DNA of 64,000 nt, taken from contig CABZXU010000008.1 in NCBI GenBank assembly GCA_902529805.1, positions 468-64,467 of the forward strand. The letters run 5' to 3'. The notes beneath the pieces were generated by a model that was not told where the DNA came from, searched no databases, and worked only from the letters and a program-made list of their open reading frames with translations. The position numbers and the translations under genes were made by a program. The stretch is from an uncultured Marinoscillum sp. Its GTDB lineage: Bacteria; Bacteroidota; Bacteroidia; Cytophagales; MED-G16. Below are positions 9,681-19,533 of the stretch, piece after piece (within the stretch, counting starts at the first letter, position 1; the number at the start of each line of letters is the position of its first letter).

Positions 9681-10288
9681 TTTAGATTTTTGAATAAATA
9701 ATAAAATTCTAAAGCAATTTTATACGAAGTTTCAATGTATTTTTTAGTTTCTTGACTGGTTAAATCAAATTTTTTTGGGTCTTTATATGAGAGTAAAATT
9801 CTACTTAATACATTTGGTATAACCGGACAGTTTTTATCTGCATTTGAACATGTCATAATAGTTATAAAATTATCTTTTAAATAAAGCTCATCTATGAGTT
9901 TTGAATACATTGGTATTGAATTATGGTTTTTAGAAAAATTAAAAATGAATTTATTTGATTTTTTTTTTACTTTAAATCCAATTTCCTTTAAAACATTTAC
10001 TACTCTACTATTAAACTTATCTTTGAATGTGCCAGCTGAAAAAACTTTAATATTTTTTTCAAATACAAAATTAAAAGTATGGGCCCATATTTCGGCTAAT
10101 TGGCTTCTTGTTGAATTGTGCGTACAAATAAAAATTATTTTAGGATAATTTTTATCAACTATATATTTATTTATTTCATTAATTATTTTATCAAGAGTTT
10201 TTAATCTTTTTTTAGATATAGAATTTTCCTTTAGCTCAAGAATGTATTCTTTTATTCCATCATGAGCTTTATTTATTTGATTCACCAT
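9677..10288 (-). CDS. low-molecular-weight protein-tyrosine phosphatase / ArsC-like arsenate reductase family protein
   Basis: P-loop FICTHNSTRSQ (CX5R), SAGT, IMTCSNADKNCP and YKDP motifs. Confidence 0.82.
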   Translation of the reverse strand: MVNQINKAHDGIKEYILELKENSISKKRLKTLDKIINEINKYIVDKNYPKIIFICTHNSTRSQLAEIWAHTFNFVFEKNIKVFSAGTFKDKFNSRVVNVLKEIGFKVKKKSNKFIFNFSKNHNSIPMYSKLIDELYLKDNFITIMTCSNADKNCPVIPNVLSRILLSYKDPKKFDLTSQETKKYIETSYKIALEFYYLFKNLK

Positions 10289-10370
10289 TCACCACTCTTA
10301 ACTTTTTTTAACAGTAAAAATACAAATTAGAAATGAAAAAATGTTTCATTAGCACCCTAAGTATTAAGTG

Positions 10371-11333
10371 ATGAAAACTGATTTTAAAAAAATTGATAAA
10401 ATTTTTTCCGAAATAAGAAAAATTGTTGTTGGTCAAGACTACATGATAGATAGGTTACTTATTGGTTTATTTACTCAAGGCCATATCTTATTAGAGGGTG
10501 TTCCTGGTTTAGCAAAAACCTTAACTGTTAAAACATTATCTAAAGTTTTAAAACTTGATTTTAATAGAATTCAGTTTACTCCAGATTTATTGCCATCTGA
10601 TTTAATTGGAACAATGATATTTAATCAAAAAAATTCAAAATTTGAAGTAAAGAAAGGTCCGGTTTTTTCTAATATAATTTTAGCTGATGAAATTAACCGT
10701 TCTCCTGCTAAGGTTCAATCTGCTCTTTTAGAATCTATGCAGGAAAATCAGGTAACTATCGGAGATACTTCATATAATTTAGATAACCCTTTTCTTGTAT
10801 TAGCCACACAAAACCCTATAGATCAGGAAGGGACCTACCCTTTACCTGAGGCCCAAAGAGATAGATTTATGATGAAAATTAATGTTAATTATCCCACAAA
10901 AGAAGAAGAATTAGAAATAATGAAAAGAATGTCAAACCTAAATTTTAATGATAAAATAAATAGAGTTCTAACAAAAAAAGATATTCTGAAAATTAGAGAT
11001 CATATAAATAAAGTTTCAATTTCTGATTCATTAGAAAAATATATTATATCAATTGTAAGCGCTACAAGAAACCCTGAAATTATTGGTTTGGAAAATGAAT
11101 CCGATTATATTAATTATGGAGCTTCCCCAAGAGCTAGTATAAATATGAATTTAGCATCTAAAGCAATTGCCTTTTTTAATGAAAGAGACTACGTTTTGCC
11201 TGATGATATAAAGAATGTGGCAGTTGATGTATTGAATCATAGAATCATTTTAAATTATGAAGCTGAGGCGGATGGAATAACAACTACTCAAATTATTAAT
11301 TCTATTTTAGAAAAGATTGAAATAAATAGCTAA
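10371..11333 (+). CDS. MoxR family AAA+ ATPase
   Basis: GHILLEGVPGLAKT (Walker A), RIQFTPDLLPSD, LADEINR (Walker B), ATQNPIDQEGTYPLPEAQ and GASPRAS motifs. Confidence 0.94.
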   Translation: MKTDFKKIDKIFSEIRKIVVGQDYMIDRLLIGLFTQGHILLEGVPGLAKTLTVKTLSKVLKLDFNRIQFTPDLLPSDLIGTMIFNQKNSKFEVKKGPVFSNIILADEINRSPAKVQSALLESMQENQVTIGDTSYNLDNPFLVLATQNPIDQEGTYPLPEAQRDRFMMKINVNYPTKEEELEIMKRMSNLNFNDKINRVLTKKDILKIRDHINKVSISDSLEKYIISIVSATRNPEIIGLENESDYINYGASPRASINMNLASKAIAFFNERDYVLPDDIKNVAVDVLNHRIILNYEAEADGITTTQIINSILEKIEINS

Positions 11334-11341
11334 TAAAATTA

Positions 11342-11977
11342 TCAAATAAGATCTTTAATTAATTTCTTATAGTTATCTAATTCCAAATACATTTTTTCAA
11401 TAGAGGTTTCAAATATATACTTATTGACTTTATTTTTTTGATATATTTTATAGAGAAACCCTTTATTTTGTTCGAGTAATCTTGGTTGTTGTCTTATTAA
11501 TCTATTTTGTTTTCTATCAATTTTTTTTATTTTATTTTCAAGTGAAATAATATGATCCTGATAAAATTTTCTTTGTAAAATAATTTTAACTCCTTCAAGT
11601 AATACTTTTACACTAACCATTTTTTCTTCATTAATATATTCTTCAGTTGTACTTTTTATAATTGTTTTTTTATTTTCATTTTCAATCAATGTTTTTATAT
11701 CCAGCTCCTTATAATTTTTATTTGATTTAATTACATGATAAATTATTTTTTTATCAATATTTACATCACTAAATTTTTTAAAATAACTTAGGCATTCTTT
11801 CTTAACTAATTTTTTTGGTAATGAAACTTCCAGTGATAAAGAATTATAATTTTCATCATCAATTATAATTTTTGACTCATTGATTTCAGAAAATAAATTT
11901 TGAGCATTTAATTTGTGATTATTTTTAAACAAAAACAATGAACAAATCAAGCAAAATTTTATTAAGATCTTTTTCAT
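11342..11977 (-). CDS. hypothetical exported protein with C-terminal coiled coil
   Basis: 211-codon ORF filling the gap, N-terminal signal-like segment (..LNAQ), heptad-rich C-terminus. Confidence 0.65.
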   Translation of the reverse strand: MKKILIKFCLICSLFLFKNNHKLNAQNLFSEINESKIIIDDENYNSLSLEVSLPKKLVKKECLSYFKKFSDVNIDKKIIYHVIKSNKNYKELDIKTLIENENKKTIIKSTTEEYINEEKMVSVKVLLEGVKIILQRKFYQDHIISLENKIKKIDRKQNRLIRQQPRLLEQNKGFLYKIYQKNKVNKYIFETSIEKMYLELDNYKKLIKDLI

Positions 11978-12005
11978 ATTTTACTTATAAAGTAATTGCA
12001 ATATT

Positions 12006-12923
12006 ATGAAATCTATTTTAATTTCTGGTGGGACCGGTTTAATAGGTTCTAAACTTCTTGAGTCTTTAAATAGATCAAAATACAAGATTTATGTATTAAC
12101 TAGAAAAAGATCATTTATTAAAGATGATGTTCATTATATAAACTGGAATCCAGAAAAATTAGAATTAAATTTTTCAGAAATAAAAAACCTATATTCAGTA
12201 ATTAGTCTTGCGGGTCAATCTATAGATGGTTGGATATGGACTAGAGTTTATAAAAAAAAACTATTAAATAGTAGAGTTGACACAACAAAATTATTATTTG
12301 AAAAAATTAAAGATCTAAAAATAAAGCCGGAATCATTTATATCTGCTTCGGCTATTGGTTATTATAAGTTAGACACTTTAGAGCCACAAGAAGAAAAAGA
12401 TTTACCAGGTAAATCTTTTTTATCTAAGTTAGTTCAGGAATGGGAAGATGAAATATCAAAATTTAAATCTCTTAAGGTTAGAACTACAATTTTTAGAATT
12501 GGTTTAGTATTTTCTAAGAAAGGAGGAATACTTAAAAAATTACATCCTTTATTTAAATTATTTCTTGGCGTTCCTTTGGGTACGGGCAATCAAATTATGA
12601 GCTGGATTCATGAAGATGACATGGTCAATTTAATTATTAGAGCACTGGAAGATAAAAGTTTAAAAGGTACTTTTAATGCTGTAGCACCTCAAAGAACTAC
12701 TAATATAATTTTTACTAAGTCTTTATTAAAAGTTCTAAATAGATTTTCATACCCATCTTTTATTAAAGTACCATCCTTTTTTCTTAAAATTATTTTAGGA
12801 GAGCAATCAAAACTCATTTTAAATGGATTAAATGTTTCCTCTAAAAAATTAATTAAAGCAAATTATAAATTTAAATTTCCTGAATTGAAGTCAGCATTAA
12901 AATCAATTTATGTTAAAAATTAA
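12006..12923 (+). CDS. TIGR01777 family NAD-dependent epimerase/oxidoreductase
   Basis: ISGGTGLIG Rossmann motif, SASAIGYY, RIGLV, GTGNQIMSWIH and FNAVAP. Confidence 0.9.
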   Translation: MKSILISGGTGLIGSKLLESLNRSKYKIYVLTRKRSFIKDDVHYINWNPEKLELNFSEIKNLYSVISLAGQSIDGWIWTRVYKKKLLNSRVDTTKLLFEKIKDLKIKPESFISASAIGYYKLDTLEPQEEKDLPGKSFLSKLVQEWEDEISKFKSLKVRTTIFRIGLVFSKKGGILKKLHPLFKLFLGVPLGTGNQIMSWIHEDDMVNLIIRALEDKSLKGTFNAVAPQRTTNIIFTKSLLKVLNRFSYPSFIKVPSFFLKIILGEQSKLILNGLNVSSKKLIKANYKFKFPELKSALKSIYVKN

Positions 12924-13018
12924 ATTAAAAAAATAATTGATAATAATTTTACTAAAAGGGTTAAAAATATTTAATAAGCTATTATAGTTTTACTTTTATA
13001 AAAATAAAATTTGTTTAT

Positions 13019-13909
13019 ATGTATATAGTTAAAATTTTTCTTATCATATTTTCTTATTATTTAATCAGCTGTAAAAGTGATCTAACAAATCAGCAAAATA
13101 ATGTGCAGAAAAAAGAAGGTTACCAAAACATCAAAATATATTCTGTTCCTTCATCATTTACTTTTGCTGGAGAACCTATTCCCTTAGATTTGCCAGATGT
13201 CAGAGAAAGGTTCGATAAGGAGCTTCATGTAAACTCTTATCTTCATTCATCAACCATTTTATTACTTAAAAGAGCACGAAGATGGTTACCTGAAATATCT
13301 GAAATTCTTAAATCAAATGATATCCCTGAAGACTTTAAATATTTACCAGTAATAGAAAGTGGTTTAGAAAATGTAATCTCTTATAAAAGAGCAGTTGGGT
13401 TTTGGCAGTTTTTAGCTGCGACCGCAAGAGAAAACGGATTAGTTGTAAATAATGAAATAGATGAAAGGTATGACCCTATAAAATCTACTTATGCTGCAGT
13501 TAAATATTTAAAGAAAGCAAATAAAAAATTAGATAATTGGGTATCTTCAGCTGCTTCCTATAATAGAGGTATTAGAGGCATTGAAAATTCAATGAGATCT
13601 CAAAAAGTTAATGATTTTTTTAATTTATATCTAAATAATGAAACTACTAGATATATTTATAGAATTCTTGCAATAAAGGCAATTTTTGAAAGTCCATCAA
13701 AATACGGATTTAATTTAGACTCATTAGATTACTATTACCCTGAAAAAATTAAGGAATATAAAATTTATAAATCTGTTCCAAATCTAACAAATTGGTCTTT
13801 AACCAATGGATCAAATTATAAGGAATTAAAAAGATATAATCCTTGGTTGAGAAAAAATAGTTTGACTATAAGAAAAAACAAAAGTTACATCATTTACCTT
13901 CCTCAATAG
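13019..13909 (+). CDS. lytic transglycosylase (SLT domain, MltD-like) lipoprotein
   Basis: Lipobox LISC; YLPVIESG catalytic Glu, AVGFWQF, DERYDP, ASYNRG, ETTRYIYRILA and NPWLR motifs. Confidence 0.88.
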   Translation: MYIVKIFLIIFSYYLISCKSDLTNQQNNVQKKEGYQNIKIYSVPSSFTFAGEPIPLDLPDVRERFDKELHVNSYLHSSTILLLKRARRWLPEISEILKSNDIPEDFKYLPVIESGLENVISYKRAVGFWQFLAATARENGLVVNNEIDERYDPIKSTYAAVKYLKKANKKLDNWVSSAASYNRGIRGIENSMRSQKVNDFFNLYLNNETTRYIYRILAIKAIFESPSKYGFNLDSLDYYYPEKIKEYKIYKSVPNLTNWSLTNGSNYKELKRYNPWLRKNSLTIRKNKSYIIYLPQ

Positions 13910-16762
13910 ATGAATAATTTAAATAGTGATTTTCAAAGATTATCAGAGAAAAAAAATAAAATAGAAATATTAGGAGCTAGAGAAAATAATTTAAAAAACA
14001 TAAATCTAGTTTTTCCAAAAAATAAATTAATAGTGTTTACTGGCATTTCAGGTAGTGGTAAAAGTTCTTTAGCTTTCGATACTATTTATGCAGAAGGTCA
14101 AAGAAGATACATGGAAAGCTTTTCAGCATATGCCCGAACATTTATTGGTAATATGGAAAGACCTAATGTAGATAAAATCAATGGCTTATCGCCTGTAATT
14201 TCTATTGAACAAAAAACCACCTCAAAAAACCCAAGATCTACAGTTGGAACGTTAACAGAAATTTATGACTTTTTAAGATTATTATTTGCTAGAATTTCAG
14301 ATCCTATTTCTTATATCTCTGGAAAAAAAATGACTAGACAAAATTTTGAAACAATATATTCAATGATAAAAAAAAACTATGATAAAAAATCTATATTTAT
14401 TTTATCACCTGTTGTTATTGGAAGGAAAGGAAACTATAAGGAATTATTTGTTCAAATAATAAAAATGGGATTTACTCAAGTAAGAGTTGATGGAGAAATA
14501 GTTAATATATCAAAAAATATGGAGGTGGATAGATACTCTATTCATGATATAGAAATTGTAATTGATAAATTGAAAATTGACAAGTCTAATTATAGTCGAC
14601 TTGAACACTCAATTAAATTAGCTCTTGATAATGGTAATGATTCATTATATGTTATTAATGAAGATAATTCAATTCATTATTATTCAAAAAAATTAATGGA
14701 TCCAGAAAGTGGAATTTCTTACGAGGAACCTTCTCCTAATAACTTTTCATTTAACTCACCATATGGTGCTTGTAAAAATTGTAATGGGCTTGGTATTGTT
14801 GAAGAAGTAGATCAGGGGGCTTTAATTGAAGATAAGAACTTAAGTATTAGTAGAGGAGGAATAATTCCATTAGGGATGTATCGAGATATCTGGATTTTTA
14901 AAAAAATAGAATCAATATTGAAGAGAAATAAATTAGATATTACAACTCCAATAAAAAACATACCTGAAAATGTTTTAAATGAAATTTTTTATGGTAGTAA
15001 TAATGAAATTGGTGTAAAATCAAAAAAATATCCCGGAACCATATGGAATACAAAATATGAAGGCATTATAAACTTTATGACTAATTATAAAAATAAAGGA
15101 CCATCAAAATGGAAGCTATTTATGGAACATTTTTTTGTCGAAAAAAAATGTTCCAATTGCCAAGGCAAAAGACTCAAAAAAGAATCATTACATTTTCTTA
15201 TAAATAAAAAAAACATTTTTGAACTTACTGAATTTAGCATTTTTAAATTAAATAAATGGGTTGAAAAATTACCTAAGAAATTAAAAAAAGATAAACATCC
15301 AATTGCAGCTCCTATATTGAAAGAGATAAATAAAAGAATCAAATTTTTATTAGATGTTGGGTTAGGATATCTAAATTTAAATAGACCTTTAAAGTCTTTA
15401 TCAGGCGGGGAGGCTCAAAGAATTAGATTAGCTACTCAAATAGGAACTCAATTAATGGATGTTTTGTATATTCTTGATGAACCAAGTATTGGGTTACACC
15501 AAAAAGATAATGATAAACTAATCAGCTCTTTAAAATCTTTGAGAGATATAGGCAATACTATAATAGTTGTTGAACATGATAAAGAAATGATGTTGAATTC
15601 AGATTATATTGTTGATATTGGTCCTGGACCAGGGGTTGATGGTGGTGAAATTGTAGCTCAAGGTCATCCTAAAGTTTTTAAATCGCAAGATACTTTAACA
15701 GCAAAATATTTAAATGGATCTAAAATAATTAGTAACAAAAATAAATTAAGAACAAAAACTTTTTTTATTGAACTTAAAGGTGCCTCTGGGTTTAATTTAA
15801 AAAATATAAACCTGAAATTTCCGTTATCTTCAATGGTTTGTATAACTGGAGTCTCTGGTAGTGGAAAATCCACTTTAATTAATAAAACTTTAGCTCCTAT
15901 TTTGAAACAAAAGTTATATAATTCTAGACAAAAGCCTCTTCCATATATTTCTATTTCTGGAGTCGAACATATTGATAAAATAATCGAAGTAGATCAGTCT
16001 CCCATAGGAAGAACCCCAAGATCAAATCCGGCAACTTATATTGGTGTTTTTTCCGATATAAGAATTTTATTTTCTAAAATGTTAGAATCTAAAATAAGAG
16101 GCTTTAAACCAGGAAACTTTTCATTTAATGTTAAAGGAGGCAGATGTGAAGTTTGTAGGGGTGCAGGAATTAAAATAATTGAAATGGATTTTTTACCTAA
16201 TGTAAAAATTGAATGTGATTCTTGTTATGGCCAACGATATAATAGAGAAACTCTAGAGGTAAGATTTCAAGGAAAATCAATTTTTGATGTATTAAATATG
16301 ACTGTCGATGAAGCATGTGTTTTTTTCAAAAAAAATCATAAAATTTTTAAAAAATTAAAATCTTTATTAGATGTTGGTTTAGGATATATTTCATTAGGGC
16401 AATATGCTACTACCTTGTCTGGAGGTGAAGCTCAAAGAATAAAGTTAGCTGCACAATTAAGCAAAAAAGATACGGGTAAAACTTTATATTTATTAGATGA
16501 ACCAACAACCGGATTACATTTTAAGGATATTGAAAATCTATTATTAGTATTAAATGAATTAATTCAAAAAGGCAACTCTGTATTGATAATTGAGCACAAT
16601 ATGGATATTATTAAATCATCAGATTATATAATTGATATAGGTCCAGATGGAGGAGAGAATGGAGGAAATATAGTAGTTCAGGGAGATAGAGAAATTATAA
16701 TAAAAAATCAAAAAAGCTATACAGGTAAATTTTTAAAAAAAGAATTAATATCAAACAAGTAG
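13910..16762 (+). CDS. uvrA: excinuclease ABC subunit A
   Basis: Two ABC ATPase domains (GISGSGKSS, GVSGSGKST, LSGGEAQR twice), zinc fingers and YAEGQRRY. Confidence 0.98.
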   Translation: MNNLNSDFQRLSEKKNKIEILGARENNLKNINLVFPKNKLIVFTGISGSGKSSLAFDTIYAEGQRRYMESFSAYARTFIGNMERPNVDKINGLSPVISIEQKTTSKNPRSTVGTLTEIYDFLRLLFARISDPISYISGKKMTRQNFETIYSMIKKNYDKKSIFILSPVVIGRKGNYKELFVQIIKMGFTQVRVDGEIVNISKNMEVDRYSIHDIEIVIDKLKIDKSNYSRLEHSIKLALDNGNDSLYVINEDNSIHYYSKKLMDPESGISYEEPSPNNFSFNSPYGACKNCNGLGIVEEVDQGALIEDKNLSISRGGIIPLGMYRDIWIFKKIESILKRNKLDITTPIKNIPENVLNEIFYGSNNEIGVKSKKYPGTIWNTKYEGIINFMTNYKNKGPSKWKLFMEHFFVEKKCSNCQGKRLKKESLHFLINKKNIFELTEFSIFKLNKWVEKLPKKLKKDKHPIAAPILKEINKRIKFLLDVGLGYLNLNRPLKSLSGGEAQRIRLATQIGTQLMDVLYILDEPSIGLHQKDNDKLISSLKSLRDIGNTIIVVEHDKEMMLNSDYIVDIGPGPGVDGGEIVAQGHPKVFKSQDTLTAKYLNGSKIISNKNKLRTKTFFIELKGASGFNLKNINLKFPLSSMVCITGVSGSGKSTLINKTLAPILKQKLYNSRQKPLPYISISGVEHIDKIIEVDQSPIGRTPRSNPATYIGVFSDIRILFSKMLESKIRGFKPGNFSFNVKGGRCEVCRGAGIKIIEMDFLPNVKIECDSCYGQRYNRETLEVRFQGKSIFDVLNMTVDEACVFFKKNHKIFKKLKSLLDVGLGYISLGQYATTLSGGEAQRIKLAAQLSKKDTGKTLYLLDEPTTGLHFKDIENLLLVLNELIQKGNSVLIIEHNMDIIKSSDYIIDIGPDGGENGGNIVVQGDREIIIKNQKSYTGKFLKKELISNK

Positions 16763-17872
16763 TTTTTCTGCAATGTAATCGAGAAGAATTGATCCTTTTT
16801 TTGTTGCTTTGATTTTTGTTCTATTTATATATATTAATTTATCATTTATTAATTTATCAATTGTATTTTTTTGATTTTTGAGAATATCATATTTAAGTTG
16901 TGTAATTAATTGTTTATTATCTATACCCCATTTAGTTCTAATTCCAATCATAATTATTTCATTGATTTTCATTTTTTTTGATAGTTTTTCTTCAGTATTT
17001 GGAATGATTCTTTTATTTAAAGCGGATATATATCTGTTATTATCTGAAATGTTCCAACTTCTATACTTACCATCAAATGAATGAGCACTTGGTCCTATTC
17101 CAAGATATTTTTTTCTTTTCCAGTATCCAGAATTATGTTTAGATTCATATCCTTTTTTACAAAAGCTAGATGTTTCATATTGAATATATTCTTCTTTTTC
17201 AAGTATGTTTTTTAATAAATTAAACTGCTTTATTATTTCTCTTTCGTTTTCTTTTTTTATTATATTATTTTTTAACCAATTATAGAAAACAGTTTTTTTT
17301 TCAATGGTTAGATTATATGCTGAAATATGTGGGGGATTAAATTTTATAATTTCTTTAATATCATTTTTTAATTTATCATACCTGTTCCCTGGTATGCCAT
17401 AAATCAAATCAATAGAAAAATTATCATAATGCTCAGAAATTTTTTTTATTGATGCAATGGCTGTTTTCTTGTCATGGCTTCTATTAATAAAATTTAAAAG
17501 ATTATCATTTAGAGTTTGAACTCCTAAACTAATTCTATTAATTCCATATTTTTTCCATTTCAATAAATTATCTAAGCTTATATCATCTGGATTTGCTTCT
17601 ATAGTAATTTCAATATTTGAATTAACAGAAAAATTATTTTTTATTTCTTTTATAATATTTCCTATATAATTTGGACTTATCATAGATGGAGTTCCCCCTC
17701 CAAAATATATAGTTTCAATGCTGTTTTTATTTAAAAAGTTTTTTCTTAAAATCAGTTCAAATTTAATTGCTTCAATTAATTTGCCTACATTATTTTTATT
17801 TAAAGTAATATAAAAGTCACAATAATGACATTTCTTTTTACAGAAAGGTATATGAATATAAATACCGGACAT
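16751..17872 (-). CDS. hemW: radical SAM heme chaperone HemW (HemN-like)
   Basis: YIHIPFCKKKCHYCDF, YFGGGTPS, NRISLGVQ, HNSGYW and YLGIGPSAHS motifs. Confidence 0.92.
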   Translation of the reverse strand: MSGIYIHIPFCKKKCHYCDFYITLNKNNVGKLIEAIKFELILRKNFLNKNSIETIYFGGGTPSMISPNYIGNIIKEIKNNFSVNSNIEITIEANPDDISLDNLLKWKKYGINRISLGVQTLNDNLLNFINRSHDKKTAIASIKKISEHYDNFSIDLIYGIPGNRYDKLKNDIKEIIKFNPPHISAYNLTIEKKTVFYNWLKNNIIKKENEREIIKQFNLLKNILEKEEYIQYETSSFCKKGYESKHNSGYWKRKKYLGIGPSAHSFDGKYRSWNISDNNRYISALNKRIIPNTEEKLSKKMKINEIIMIGIRTKWGIDNKQLITQLKYDILKNQKNTIDKLINDKLIYINRTKIKATKKGSILLDYIAEKLLV

Positions 17873-17878
17873 TTAAAT

Positions 17879-18595
17879 ATGTTTTTTGAAGACAATATTG
17901 TTAATATAAAAGACAAAGTCACATATAATTATGATATTTTATTAATAATGGTTGTGATAATTTGTTTATTAATCATTTATTATAAGGAAAATTTTAATAA
18001 ATATTATAGAAAATATATTGATGGTAAATTTTTTTATGTATCCCAATTAGGGGATGATTTTTTTTATAAAAAAAGTATATATAGTTATTCAACAATTATT
18101 CCTATTATAATAATATCTCTAATTTTATCTCTTGCCTCCAGTTATATCGTAAAGGATATTTATTTAAATAGTTATTTTGGAGAGTATAGTTTTTCAGAAA
18201 TTTCAGCATGGTTAATTGTTTCTATAATCCTATTTATTTACACCTATATAAGATTGTGGGGGTTTATATTTATTGGAAGATTATTTGGATTTGAGAATAA
18301 GATTCTCAAAGTTATTGTATTCGATTTTTTAAGAATTACAATTTTTTTGTTACTGGTTAATGTTTTTGTATTTTCTATTTTTTATTTTTTTTATGATTTT
18401 GAATTTTCAAAGAAAATATTTGAAACAAATCGTTACATAATAATTTTTTATAGGTTTTTATATTTTTTAGTTAGAGCTAGGAAAATTAAACATATAAACT
18501 TATTTAAAATAATTCTTTACTTATCTATAACTGAATTATTCTTTTCACTAATTACTTTACTTTTAGGATATGATAGTTTAAGGTTTTTTCTGTAA
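17879..18595 (+). CDS. DUF4271-like membrane protein (start uncertain: 17825, 17852, 17879 or 17948)
   Basis: Multi-TM protein ending KIILYLSITEL, resembling the DUF4271 YLCxxE motif, in the usual position upstream of hemD. Confidence 0.65.
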   Translation: MFFEDNIVNIKDKVTYNYDILLIMVVIICLLIIYYKENFNKYYRKYIDGKFFYVSQLGDDFFYKKSIYSYSTIIPIIIISLILSLASSYIVKDIYLNSYFGEYSFSEISAWLIVSIILFIYTYIRLWGFIFIGRLFGFENKILKVIVFDFLRITIFLLLVNVFVFSIFYFFYDFEFSKKIFETNRYIIIFYRFLYFLVRARKIKHINLFKIILYLSITELFFSLITLLLGYDSLRFFL

Positions 18596-18654
18596 ATAGA
18601 TTGTCATAATCACTAACCATTATCAGTTTATATTTTAAATTAAAATTTATTATA

Positions 18655-18662
18655 TAAATTTG
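18655..18662 (+). promoter_or_regulatory. Bacteroidota -7 promoter element upstream of hemD
   Basis: TAAATTTG matches TAnnTTTG, 17 nt before ATG 18680. Confidence 0.55.
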
Positions 18663-18679
18663 TGCCTCATTTTTAAATC

Positions 18680-19477
18680 ATGACTGAAATTAAATACGAT
18701 AAAAAAAGATTAAAAAAGGTTGAAAGTATATTAATTTCTCAGCCTGAGCCTTCTAATGATGCTTCCCCATTTTATAAACTTGTTAACAAGTATAATTTGA
18801 AAGTGGATTTTAGACAGTTTGAAAAACTTGATCCTGTAAGCGTTAAAGATTTTCGTAAGCAGAAAATAAATATTTTAGAACATACAGCAATTATTTTTAC
18901 TAGCAGAAATGCTGTCGATCATTTTTTTAAGTTAACTGAAGGATTAAAAATAAATGTTCCAACAGATATGAAATATTTTTGTATATCTGAACAGACTGCT
19001 AATTATTTGCAGAAATATATTGTAATTAGAAAAAGAAAAATTTTTACTGGAAACAGAACGCCGTTAGAATTATTAGATGCTATTAAAGAAGCTGTTAAAA
19101 AATTTCCAGATGAAAAATTTTTATTTCCTTGTTCAGATGTAAGAAAGAAATTAATATCTAAGTTTCTTAAAAAAAACAATTTGGATTATTCTGAAGCTAT
19201 AATTTACAATACGGTTCCAAATGATTTATCTGATTTAGAAGATGTATTTTACGATATGCTTGTTTTTTATAGCCCCGCAGGAATTCATTCTTTATTTAAA
19301 AATTTCCCTAAGTTTGAACAAAATAATACTAGAATTGCAGGTTTTGGCCCTACAACTCAAAAAGCAATAAGTAAGAAAAAACTTATATTGGATGTAGAGG
19401 CCCCATTGCCTTCAGCTCCTTCTATGGTAAGAGCGATTGAATTATATATAAAGGCTGCAAATAAAATCACTAATTAA
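18680..19477 (+). CDS. hemD: uroporphyrinogen-III synthase (Bacteroidota type)
   Basis: ILISQPEP, FTSRNAVDHFF, YLQKYIVIRKRKIF, FYSPAGI and FGPTT motifs. Confidence 0.9.
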   Translation: MTEIKYDKKRLKKVESILISQPEPSNDASPFYKLVNKYNLKVDFRQFEKLDPVSVKDFRKQKINILEHTAIIFTSRNAVDHFFKLTEGLKINVPTDMKYFCISEQTANYLQKYIVIRKRKIFTGNRTPLELLDAIKEAVKKFPDEKFLFPCSDVRKKLISKFLKKNNLDYSEAIIYNTVPNDLSDLEDVFYDMLVFYSPAGIHSLFKNFPKFEQNNTRIAGFGPTTQKAISKKKLILDVEAPLPSAPSMVRAIELYIKAANKITN

Positions 19478-19533
19478 TATAAACTTGTTTTAAATCGTTT
19501 TCGTTTATTGTTATATTTAATAGTAATAAATTA

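Noticed and set aside
13907-13912. In-frame stop-ATG junction (SLT/uvrA TAG-ATG, also glyQS/MMPL TAA-ATG at 47488-47493) as stop-codon readthrough or recoding
   Set aside because: Both partners are complete, unrelated proteins with different localisations. TAA, TAG and TGA all serve as normal stops in this window.
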